This document shows, piece after piece, positions 25,368 to 36,779 of a stretch of 64,000 nt of DNA. This DNA comes from Enoplolaimus lenunculus (taxonomy: Eukaryota): assembly GCA_030248215.1 (NCBI GenBank), contig JASANG010003930.1:248001-312000 (forward strand), written 5' to 3'. Position 1 is the first letter of the stretch. Every line of letters starts with the position of its first letter. Both the position numbers and the translations under genes were made by a program. The notes beneath the pieces were generated by a model. The model was not told the DNA's origin and did no database searches. It saw only the letters and a program-made list of their open reading frames with translations.

Positions 25368-26815
25368 ATGCCAACAACAAAATTTAGCTTAATTCTCATA
25401 ACTGCTTTGGTACTTATGTTCTACTGTCATTGCAGTTTATATAACTGTTGTCAAGGTAACAAAGGGGTCACACCATAGCAATCCCGCAAACGCTCACACT
25501 CGTTAATCCTCGTGCTGCAAAAGTACAGGATATCAGTATCAAACTATTTACACATGGAACTGCACCAATGATAAGGACTAGATGGAAATGTTTTATCATA
25601 CAAAGAACAATTTGAACTAACACCGGTTTTTCGGTTCAAAAAGAAACGTTTCAGATAACGCTTGTGAAAAAACCAGGTGATATCATTACTTGCAAGATAG
25701 CACGCACTAACAATGTTTATAGAATTACAGCGCTCACGCAGACAACTCCATCAACCTGGTCTACCTTGCAAAGCTTGCGTGTGAAATGTAAATTGTGCTA
25801 CTATAGTTCCTGCCATTCAGCTGAGAACTTTATCCTAGAGGTTGGCCAAGCCTCCACATATAATGGCGTTGTTTTAGGTAGCAGTTTAGGGGATCTTATC
25901 TCGTGCATACACGCAAATGACTATTGTCAAACACGTACAGAAACCTAAGTCTGGATCAAAAACTTTCCGCCAGGACCTTTGTCACTCACAAGAGCATGAT
26001 ACATACACAGGAAAATTTAGTAATCAAAATATTACTGTCGAACTTACAAATGTTACCATTAAAAATAGCCGATGCACAAAGGGCATATCACATGAAACGT
26101 TTGAAGGGGTTGATATCGAATTTCTGTCCGTCAATAATATACAGTGTAAATTGGTGCCAAAATAATGCTCGTTGCAAACAGTCAAAAAGTTTGCACACCA
26201 CACAAGCGAACAAACTAACGCCATCGATCCTGTCAATACCAAATTAAATAATTTGCAATACCAAATTGATAGAATGCAAGTCGAAGGCTTTTCAGGAGCC
26301 TGGCAAGAGCTATGTGCTAATCGGAAACGACAACTACACATGATGAAAAAATTAATAACACTAGATGCCACGTTGGGAACCCGAGTTTTGGTTCAGCGGG
26401 ATAAAATACATGCAGTTTTAGCAGGTGAATCTCTCCTCTTGTGGGACTGTCTACCAATCGAAGTAACACATTTTTATTTGGAATACAACTTAACTGGAAC
26501 CTGTTATGAGTACATATTTGTCGAAGCAAAACTCAAAACCCTGTTATCGTTTTTACCAACTTTAGTTGTATCTGCATTTGTAAATCCAAATTACTTATAA
26601 ACAAAATTTTTGAACGATACGATTCTAATCTCGCTTTAAATGAATTTTCATCTAAGATACAACATAGCGGCTGTCCCTGATTCAAGGACAATATTTGAGC
26701 TGATGTTCTGGGGGTCTTAAGCGGTTGCTGAGGGATAAAACTATTGGTAGCGATACCGCTGACTGCTGTTCCGTGGTCATCGTCGTTTGATTTGGGATTA
26801 TTTGAATACGCAATC
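25368..26815 (+). pseudogene. Decayed envelope glycoprotein, herpesvirus gB-like (class III fusogen-like)
   Basis: Signal peptide MPTTKFSLILITALVLMFYCHCS at 25368; Cys-containing ectodomain fragments; heptad helix VNTKLNNLQYQIDRMQ...WQELC; LDATLGTRVLVQRDKIHAVLAGESLLLWDCLPIEV...TCYEYIFV; hydrophobic TM-like stretch at ~26740-26805; many frameshifts and stops. Confidence 0.62.
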
Positions 26816-26841
26816 AGAACTGACATTCGTATTAAGTTTTT

Positions 26842-27005
26842 GGCACATGTATAGAACAGGGACGGAACGTTTGGCCGAGGGGCTGCAATATAGCAAGCTC
26901 AAGCTTTAGATTATTTCATTGCTTAGGTTTAGGTAAGCTTATTCTTACGCTTAGGCTTACAAATATGCTCATACTACTGTTCCGACCATGTTCTATACAT
27001 GGACC
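26842..27005. mobile_element. Small GG-ended MITE with 8-bp TSD, terminally related to the 16824-19147 element
   Basis: TIR GGCACATGTATAGAACAGGGACGGAAC / GTTCCGACCATGTTCTATACATGGACC; perfect TSD AAGTTTTT at 26834-26841 and 27006-27013. Confidence 0.85.
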
Positions 27006-27490
27006 AAGTTTTTTATAAAGCTTCAGTACAAATCTGAACATAACTGAACAATGAAAACATCCGAACCTAGCTGCTCATTAAGTCAATGAAGTTCGTTATT
27101 TTACAAGCAATTAACAGTATAAATCATTTATACACAAACGAGTATCACACAATATACAAAACATAAGACATTCCTGACGAATACACATCGATAAGCACGC
27201 TAAGTATTAGCTGCCATCGACTGGTTATACATCGACTGTTAATATTCTCTTAATCACACTGCTTTCATAGCACAATATGGTTCTTGTCGTAGGCAAGTAC
27301 TTGCTAACAAAGTATATATAATGCCGTAACAGTGATTTACGCAAATAGCTTCCACACATTTCTATAGAAAATGACCTGATGACTGAGAAACGAACTGTAT
27401 TTCGAAATGTCAATGCCGGAAGTGGGCTTAATATATGCTAAACATCTTCGTTGGAATATGTACCAGCAGGAGTAATATTACAGTAAATGT

Positions 27491-30400
27491 TTAATTTGCA
27501 GCGATTTTTGGTAATCCAAACTCATCAACAAGAACTCCTTCTGCGTTTGTTGTTTCTGCACCGGGTTCTTTTGATGGGACTCCTGGGGCCGATACCGCAT
27601 CCAGATATCCAGTGTCTTCATCTGAAAGGTGTAATACACAAGTTGTATTCAAAAGACACAATTTAACTGAGCTTTCTGAACTCGCAACAAATTGGAATGG
27701 CTAGTTCTTAAATTTTTTCTGTGAAAGCTGCATGCACACTTTCAGCTAATGTGAAGTAAATGTGTGCAAATCAAAAACAAAAATGAGAAAGGTAAGGAGA
27801 ACGTTTCGTCAAAATCAGATTGTACATACAATATGAAACTCAAAATCAACACATTTACCCAGCGCAATTTCATCGCCTAGTGCATCAAGCTCTGCTTCCA
27901 ATTCATCATCATCGATTTCTGGCATACCATATTGACGAGACAACGCTTCTTGGATCTGAAAAACTACCACAGATTTTGGCCTATATTGCTTGACTAGGCT
28001 TAGAATAGGTTTACTTTACACGTTTTGAACGCATAGGCTTATTTTCAAGAATAAGGTTAGTCTACAGTTAAGATCTTAAAAGTAAGCCTGGCCTATAACG
28101 CAATACATACAATTACAAAGTCACACATAAAATATCTCCCAAAACTACGCGTCGACGTATGTTACCTCAGGAAATTCTTATGCGTTACGGTTGTGCTATA
28201 CATTTCTGTACAGTCAATGGCCGCCACCGTTCGCTGGACGTCTACCACTTCGCATCTACATAACAGTAAACTGTAACGCGCCGCACCGCGCGTTTCTTCA
28301 TTACTATTTGACATGATGCAGTGGGCCGCGCTGCGAGTACGTAAAGCGCTTTTACACGACATTAATTAAGCGGCACTGGCAACCGTAACAAAATTCTGGG
28401 CTAGAAAAAAGATTTGTTCTTGCACGAAACGTTTTTGCCTACTCTATTATAAAACAATTTCTGGTTGTAGGTTTGAATTGGCATGTAACGTGTTATAAAG
28501 TCAATTTTGATATCACTTTACATCATTTGCATCTTCCAACATATCTTCCATATCGTCTTGCAAATCATGTATTTTATCAATGTTGACATTTTTATATTCG
28601 CGTTTCATTTCTTTCAAACCATGTTTCATCGCATCCACTGTTGTTTTGGTATCCTTCACGGTACTGAGAGCGTAATTCGATTGTTCAAGGTTGAAGCTTT
28701 GCTGAAAACACGTCCAAATGCAGTATTTTATGTCCCAAATGCAGTATTTTATGTCCAAATGCAGTATTTTATGTCTGTTAGTGTTTCCAAGACTGAATTT
28801 TACTTTTTAACTAGAGTATGCAACCGTGTACATTCTACGTGTAAATGAATGTACCCGGCACACGTTGCGTTTTTATAATCATTGCCAATTTATGTGGGGG
28901 TATAAATGTGATTTCAACGGAGAAACAGTCGAATGTTAATAAGGTAATCAACGTGCCACGCTTATTAATAAGCTATGTGCTTTTCCGCCAGGTTGACACG
29001 TATTAAAAGTGGTATCGACCCCATACAAACTGCTGGAGATATAAGAAAAATGCAGTGTGCGCTGGTACGTTTTGTTTCGCGCAATAACTCGCAAGTTGCA
29101 TAGTCTTGTCTAAGGAATCACCCGCTTTTGGTTAATCGAAAATGATTATAAAATCCGAATTTTACATTGCCATATACTGCAACCGAACTGAATACTATGC
29201 TTTGTAAATGGTTGTTATTTCAACATAATACTACGGCACATCAAAACATTCTGCAAATTTGTAGAAAAGCTCTGAACTCAGAAAAGGATACGACGTTACA
29301 AATCACTACATCACACAAAGCAAGTTGTAGTAATCACGATGCTAAATTTGGCACTTAAAACTAAAGAAGATTTAAAAACACACCTGCATCAACTGATCAC
29401 GCTGATTTTCATACATTCTTTTTTGTTTAAGAACACGCAATGCCTTCTGTTTCACAACGTTTTTACTTGGACCTTCACGCATTTTTTTCATCTGATCCTA
29501 AAATTAACTATACAGTGAAAAAATCAGAAAAAATATGCAATAACATGCTTCTCTACTTAAACCAAGTCTGCCGGGTACAATGCAGGGATGGGTGGTCTCG
29601 AGATCAAAGAGGTAAAAAAGCGATCAACAATTGCTATTAACTGAGCTAATTTGACTTGATGAAAGGATGAAGCAATGTTTTACTCGTATCTTAGGCTAAA
29701 TGTACACGAGTAAACCACAAAAATTGGGTACTTGTTTTTTCATTCGACACTTACTGTTTAATAATGTCTCAAGTTTTCACAGAGTGATTATCTTACTACA
29801 TTATGACATGAATGGCTTAGGATTAGATTTATGCTTTAGCTTAGGTATGGGGGTGTGGAGGTAAACAACAACAACACCACCACCACCAACAACAACAACC
29901 ACACCAACACCACCACCACCACCAACAACAACACCAACAACACAAATACCACTACCACCACCACCACCACCAACAACAACAACTAGAACAACAATGAAAA
30001 ACAACAACAACAAAAACAACAAAAAAAACAATCAGGATGTGTGTATTTGTGGACGTACACCCAAAGGATGCTACAGTCGCTAACTTTGACAGATCCCCTG
30101 CTTGTGCCCCCTTCCAGCAGTGGTGAACTCCGCCATGCCCTAAACGTTTTAAAACCAAATGGGGCACCGGGTGCCGACGGAGTCTCCAACCAAATGATCC
30201 CTAACTATCGCCATCAGCCGTCAACACGCTACTCCAGACTTATAACACCTCACTGCAACAGTCAACATTTTCATCGATATGGAAAAAGGCAACAATTATC
30301 CCAATCCTCAAAAAGGATAAGGGTGCACAGATGCTATTGTCGTACCGACTAATTTCTTTGACTGCATGCCTTGGTAAAGTGCTTGAACGGCTTATCAAAG

Positions 30401-32385
30401 AATGCGTTCTTTTCCTGCTTAACAAATATGCCACAAACAGTTGAAGCTTCCTTATTTGCTGGTGATCTAGCTCTATGGTGTAGCCACAGCAATCCAACTA
30501 TAGCAACACAACAGGTTCAGAAGGGTATCGATGTGCTGGAACAGTGGGCGTCGAAATGGAAAATGACTGTCAACATCTCCTAAAGTATCGTAACCTTCTT
30601 TTCAACTTCAACAAAAGATGCTGAGCACTTCAGGCCAGACGTTAAATATAAAGACGTGCCGCTCCAATATTGCGCCACTCCCACGTTTCTGGGTGTCATC
30701 TTTGACTGAAAAATGTCTTTCTCAGCCCACGTTAAGGCTACGTGCAAAGACCTGAATGTTCTAAGAGCTCTTTTGGGTGCTACTTGAGGAGTCGAAAAAG
30801 AAGATCTACGCGAAATGTATGTTGCATATATTGCATCTAAAGGTGAATACTGCGCCGCAGGGTACCTTCCTTGTTTATCAGCCACTTGCCTGAATAAACT
30901 TCAGGCGGCTCACAACACGGCAGCCCGCATAATAACCAGTTGCACTGCCGACACGCAAAGCGATAAGCTATTACTCCAAGCAAACATCACCCCTGTGCAC
31001 GAACGCATGAAGATCCTCACGGCAATAGCATATGACAAAGCAGTTCGTTTGCCTGACGACAACCCCACTCGATCCGCTGCCGTAGGTACTTCATTTAGGG
31101 AACTGCAATCGCAACGCTCGTGTCGACAAGTTGGACTAGAAACACTGCGTGAGCTTGATTTGCAGGACATCCAACGTGAACTGCAATCCCGAGTTGGCGC
31201 AATCTCTCCACGATCTGTCATAAATGGCATTACAATCAATGCCGAGCTGCTTCTACCTTCAAAACTTTCGGACTCTGCTGAGGATCGACTGCGAGCAGCA
31301 ATACATACTATAGCTCGACTCTCTACTTCAGACTACACAGTCTGGACCGATGGATCCGCCGTGGAAAGCTGTCGAAACGGCCGCAGTGGCGTTGTCATCT
31401 ATAGAAGCTCCAGTAAAATTGGCGAGATCTCAGCACCCGCTGGCAAACACACATCCAGCTACCGAGCTGAATTAACCGCCATTTCGAAACCTACGTCTTT
31501 TATCATCAACAGCAATATAGACAACAGCAGCATCACTATCTTTGCAGATTCCCAGTCGGTCACTATGCGCTTGCAGAGAGGACCAAATAATGCAAAATCT
31601 GCTCAGGAACATAACATGTGGAAAACATTAACAACATTACCCTGCATAACACAATGACTATACAATGGATTCCTGGTCCTGCCGGATTAGAAGGGAATGA
31701 GTTCGCTGAAAAACTAGCCAATGGGGCATCCAGTCTGCGGCAACAGCAGGTCTCCATCAACGCCGACACAATGCGCTCAGTAATTACAAGGACGATCATC
31801 AACGGGTGGCGATCCCGCATCTCCAACGCACCTAGGTGTACAGATGAACGCCCTCGGCCACCTCCTGTTCGCGATAAGGAAGTCGGGCTTACAATATTTG
31901 AGCGAATGACCTTATCGCAATTACGAACTGGTTGTCATTGCCTTCTACTTCAAAAATATGCAGATAGAATCGGAAAAGCCACAAATCCGTCATATCTCGC
32001 GTGCGGGGCAGCAGAAGATAATCTTGAACATATGGTCATTCACCGCCCGCGGGGCGATGCAGCCCGCCATCAGTTTTTCTCCGGCCCCGTCTCCACAGAT
32101 ATTTTTTGGTCGAAACCAACCGATGTCATTCGTTTCCTTCGGTGTTGTGGGCGCTTGCCGCCCACCACCTCTCAGGTGTGAGCCGCAAACAACAACAACA
32201 TCAACACCAACAACACCATGGGCGCAGTTGTCACATTAAAAACTTACTTTATACTTCGCTAACTCTTGATCAAGCTTGGCTATTTTTTTGTCAATTGATT
32301 CACCTCGAGAATCAATACTTGCAATGGTATCAGTGAGGTTAGGAGGTGGTGCTTTGGGAGCGCCGCGTCCAAATAATCTGTTCAT
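27491..32385 (-). CDS. CHMP5: Charged multivesicular body protein 5 (ESCRT-III, Vps60), 219 aa
   Basis: Exons 32385-32248, 29497-29384, 28701-28522, 27955-27859, 27621-27491 (660 nt, GT-AG, in phase). Translation: [42 protein letters not shown]...[15 protein letters not shown]...[11 protein letters not shown]...[22 protein letters not shown]...[12 protein letters not shown]. Confidence 0.96.
28711..28775. repeat. 20-21-bp tandem triplication next to the CHMP5 exon 3 acceptor
   Basis: GTCC(C)AAATGCAGTATTTTAT x3. Confidence 0.85.
29863..30030 (+). repeat. (CAA/CAC)n compound microsatellite
   Basis: Directly visible; abuts the 5' end of the LINE relic. Confidence 0.9.
30040..32218 (+). mobile_element. 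5'-truncated, decayed non-LTR retrotransposon with RT, RNase H and a C-terminal zinc-finger relic (I group, Ingi-like), antisense within CHMP5 intron 1
   Basis: RT motifs [67 protein letters not shown] (YADD relic); RNase [44 protein letters not shown]; degenerate CxxC...H ([16 protein letters not shown]); stop at 32181, then a 6-nt 3'UTR and a CAA-repeat tail. Part of the RT core is deleted. Confidence 0.9.
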
Positions 32386-32966
32386 TGTTAATATATCACG
32401 GTATTTACATATAATTCAGAACTCTGAAAGCATGTATAAACGGTTTAGCAAAGTACGTACGTATGTATAGGCAAATTAAGCGGTTACACTTTACGAACTT
32501 GGCATTTATGAATCAGTTTGATGGCTTGTATAACCGCCAAATATGTAAGTAATAGCAGGTTGCTGTTCATAAACTTACACAAAGTGAATCAGAAATATAC
32601 GACTTCAAACCGGTTTTTCTAAGACATGTAAGCGTTGGTAAGCTAGCAATGTCGACATCGAAATATATATATATATACAAGATTTTTCACTTGGACTTCC
32701 TCTGAGAATGATGAATACCCGCTGCTAGAACCACTTAATGATTATGAACGTGCTTGTTGCTTGCACGTATAATCAATTTCACGTCTACACCCTACGCCTA
32801 AATCCCTGAACGTATCTGGCCTGCTATATACAGATTAACAATGGGTACAACGCGGGAGAGACATATGGACACTGAGGGGAAAGAAAGCAAGTTCTTAAAG
32901 ACATGCTGGGTGTAGATCATAGGACATGCGAGATCACGAGACGACAAAGGTCGAAGGACACGGACT

Positions 32967-33450
32967 AGGAATGGGCGGACTCGGTCAAAAAAACCGAGAC
33001 TGAGACCCAACCTACTGAGACCGAGACTTTTGGTCTTGGTCTCGATCACTGCTTTGAATTGCCGGTTCATACAATTAAACTAGTAAAACGCTGCCAAAAT
33101 TTATTTTTTACTTTACTTTTCACTTGGCTACTGTCGGCATACCATTCGAACAGGGTCGGGAGAAATCCCACTGTCTTAAAACACCCTCGGTACAATACCT
33201 AATTCAGAGATTTTCTAAGATATACTGTTGTTTGTGCTCCTGGGCAAACCGAATAGATTGGAAAATTTTTTAACATAGCGTGACGTTATAAGTGCGGATG
33301 ACCCATAATTTTTAAACGATGTCTTAAATGTTTTAAACGCAAAAATGCAGTTATTTGTGATTTGTCGCAATAAACCAAAGTGTTTTGGGTTTCCTTTCAA
33401 AAATGTAATTTTGGGTAACCGGGGTGGTCATTCTGTTTCTCAAATAGGCA
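32967..33450 (+). mobile_element. Partial copy of the hAT-like element at 43762-44515
   Basis: Shares long internal sequence (aaatttattttttacttta.ttttcacttggctactgtcg.catacc.ttcgaaca...gggtttcctttcaaa) and CCGAGA repeats. Confidence 0.75.
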
Positions 33451-35950
33451 GGATACAAAAGGAATTCCGACTCCGATTAGAATTCCGCTTCAAATCAATC
33501 TTCGGGTCCAATTGCAAGTATAATCGGAATCAAAACTGTAATTTGTTATCGATTCTAACCTGCATTGTATGGCAATTATGTGCGAAACTTGCCTGTAGTT
33601 ACGTTAAATATCACAACTACTGATTAGTGCTCAGAGCGCATAACGTGCTCGCTAAAACAGATATATTGATCTGGCGCATACTAATCTGGCTTCTCCACAA
33701 CTTGAAAATTTCCGCGGGGGGGGGGGGCGTTTACGGGAGGGGCCCCCAGGAGTTTCCTGGGGGCAGGTGATTTTGCTGGGGAGCAGTTTTCATGGGGGGG
33801 GGGCGCCAGATGATCTGGGGGTCCGGGGGGCAGGCTTAAAATTTTGCAAACCGACTTTTTGAACCAATTTTTTCATTCTAGGCCGTGTTTCCAACTCAAC
33901 TGAAGATTACTCATCGCTCAACATGACAAAAATTTCTCGCAAACGCTAATAACAATTATTTTAACTAATATTACTGGAAACTTAACCCGAAATTGAAAGA
34001 AGCACAATTATATAAAATATAGCTAATCTATAATTGAAACTGTGATTAATATATATTTTATATATTAGTCACAGCTTCAGTTTATCATAAGGCTCAGGCG
34101 GGTTGAACTTGCTGCTGCAAGGTACTTTCGAATGCTGCATGCTCTGAAACGGTCTTTATATAATTGTGCTTTTTTCAGTTCATTATTGAATTGTATTAGT
34201 TACTACGGGTATTTGTAACGCTATTAAAAAATTATGAGTACTCAGCGTAATATAAAATAATATTTTGCCGAATGTCCGCCTCAAAAGAAGTCCAAGCTTT
34301 ACGTTTTAACATTGAAAATTTTTGACCTAGAGAAGTCCTGAGGGCCCCCAGCAAAAAAATTTGCTGGGGGCATTTTGCTGGGGGGGCCTTAAATTCGCCG
34401 GGGGGGCCTTTCCGGGAACGGCAAAATTTTCGCCGTGGGGAAAATGAAAATTTCGAAAATGCAGGTTTAAATCCACTATTCCCGGAAAAGCTAAGCCGAG
34501 GCAAAGAATTAATTCTGAACGCACGGGAAACAAAGCTTCATATGAAGAACTTACGCTAGCGAAATATATTTGACAAATACAAGAAAAGAAAAGTTATCAA
34601 TTTCAGCAAAATTTCCATCAAAATAGTTCTAAATTCCTCGAAAATGGCCTACGTACATCCTATTTTCCCATATTTGGCATGTAAACACGGCCAAGAGTAT
34701 TCCACGAGGACGAAAGCAGAATCCCGTGTGGACCTCCACGGCCCCATAAAATTCATTGAGGCCCCCGAATGAGTCATTATAGACCTTTATGGTTCGTCAG
34801 GTGCTTTTATTGTTCACCGAGGCCGTCATGTTGATAGTAGAGGCCCTATTCCAGTAATAATGATCTAATTAATAATCCAGTCGATGTATCGGCTGGGTCA
34901 TCCCATGTTAGGCCCGCTCAGTTGCGAGGCCTCTTTAGGGGTGTAAACTTCGGTACTGATGGAACAGCTACTGGGTGTAGCCTATACAATTTTCGACCCT
35001 CCTTCAGTGTGCAAGAATCAGGAGCCAAAACTCGGCACAATCTCCAAAGCGATGTTTTCACGTTCCCAGACCACTCTCTTACAAATTAGCTTCAAATCCC
35101 CTCCGCACATTACGGCCACACAGGAAATACCCAAAGTGACGTACTCCTAGCTAAGTAAATATGTTATAAGTGCTTTGGTTTTAGTGAGTGCGGCGGAAAC
35201 TTAGCACACAGAAACCGTTTCTAAGCATATCCATTATCATTGCAAAACATTGTTCTTTATTGTTAATAAGGATGCATTTAGAACCATTCAACCAATAGGT
35301 CAGACTATTTTCAACAGCCATTTTTTCTTGATTTTTCAAAGGAGTTTGATTAAACGTTTGATAACTGATAAAGGTTAATTTAATGATTTGTATAACATAC
35401 TGTTTTTATACATCATAATAATTAAAGTTTTCTCAATGTAAACTCTTCGCCGCCAGATTTTTATATAATGGCTAGATTCCTGTCAGCTTATATTCCAAAA
35501 ATTTCAAAATGTTTATTTGTTTGAAGGTTTCTAGATAGCTTTGAAAATCATGCATCGAAGAAATGATTGCTGTAATTAACTGACAAGCCTGCAGAATGTT
35601 AGGAAAAAGTTTTGTTGACATACATACTACTGAGAGCGTCCAGATCAAGATATTCTTCGTTTGGCTACACATGTGATGTGGCTGTTTACAGCAATTTCAA
35701 GTGAAATTGTTTAATGAATAACTTTTTCTGAGGAAGTGAGCTTTTATCTATTTATAGCAATTAGCTAACATCGTCTTTTCAATTCGGTCGGAAGATATAC
35801 AATGTACTCGTTACCTTGAAATGTGAATACCATCACGTTGCAAGAATGCAAGCAGAGTTGATGCTGAATTTCAACAATGCAAGCAGAGTTGATGCTGAAT
35901 TTCAAGAGTCCACAATGCACAAAGATTTAATTAACTGTATTGACATCCTC

Positions 35951-36325
35951 GGCGGAGGTACGGAATCTGAACCACTATAGGAATTTAACAGAGGCGCTGA
36001 GTTCAACAATACCTCTTTCATGGCTGCATTACCAGCGTTGCAAATGTTATGGCCCTCGAAATTATAGTGCAACACGCACAGACGGAAGAGAAAGTGTCTA
36101 TCATTCAAATGTTCGTAACGCTTGACCAGGTTTATTCGTTATACAAATTTGGTTGGCGCATGTACATGTTTTGTGTAGCGAGCGGTTGAAGTTTAAAGGA
36201 TCATAAGTTTTGAACCGGGAACCCTGTAGCATTAAAAATGATACCGCCGAACTCAGCTTGCCGAAATCTATATAGTAAACTGTTTGATTATATTCCTAGA
36301 AGAGTCCATATTCCGTACCTCCGCC
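35951..36325. mobile_element. GG-ended MITE with 9-bp TSD (Mutator- or Merlin-like)
   Basis: Perfect 16-bp TIR GGCGGAGGTACGGAAT / ATTCCGTACCTCCGCC; TSD gacatcctc/gacagcctc (8/9). Confidence 0.8.
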
Positions 36326-36779
36326 GACAGCCTCTATAACGCAGTGTCAGCATAATTCGATTAGATAAGATAATCTTTTGATGGAAAATGCTTTGCAGTC
36401 TGTTAGATGCACTTTTCAATTTTCCCATTTGCCTAAAAGCGGTGTGCAACTGGGTATTACTTTCGCCTAAGATTCCTGTTTTTGCTCGAGATTCATTTTA
36501 TAATGCAACCACACTTTAAGCAAAATTTCTTGCACATTTGAAAACCAACATTAAACTGTTAGAACGCAACGATTTTTGTAAATGTTTATTGCCAAAATAT
36601 GTTGCTCTAGCAATTGTAAGTAAAAATGTAATCAGTTTAGAATATCCTTATGAGTAAAATTTCAGATGGACTTATTATATATTATCTTGTTATTCTGACG
36701 TCCATATATTTATATAATTAACATTTTCACTTGAACACAGCGAATGTTGTAATCGTTTATTGTGGATAAGTGTGGCAAA

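Noticed and set aside
22600..27300. LTRs, PBS or PPT for the gag-env relic
   Set aside because: No convincing direct repeats found by eye.
29384..29414. Apparent donor AT|gtatga in CHMP5 exon 2
   Set aside because: The sequence continues as conserved coding [11 protein letters not shown] to the true donor at 29383.
35845..35905. 31-bp tandem duplication (similar ones at 19228-19280 and 45622-45732)
   Set aside because: Ordinary local slippage duplications with no further structure.
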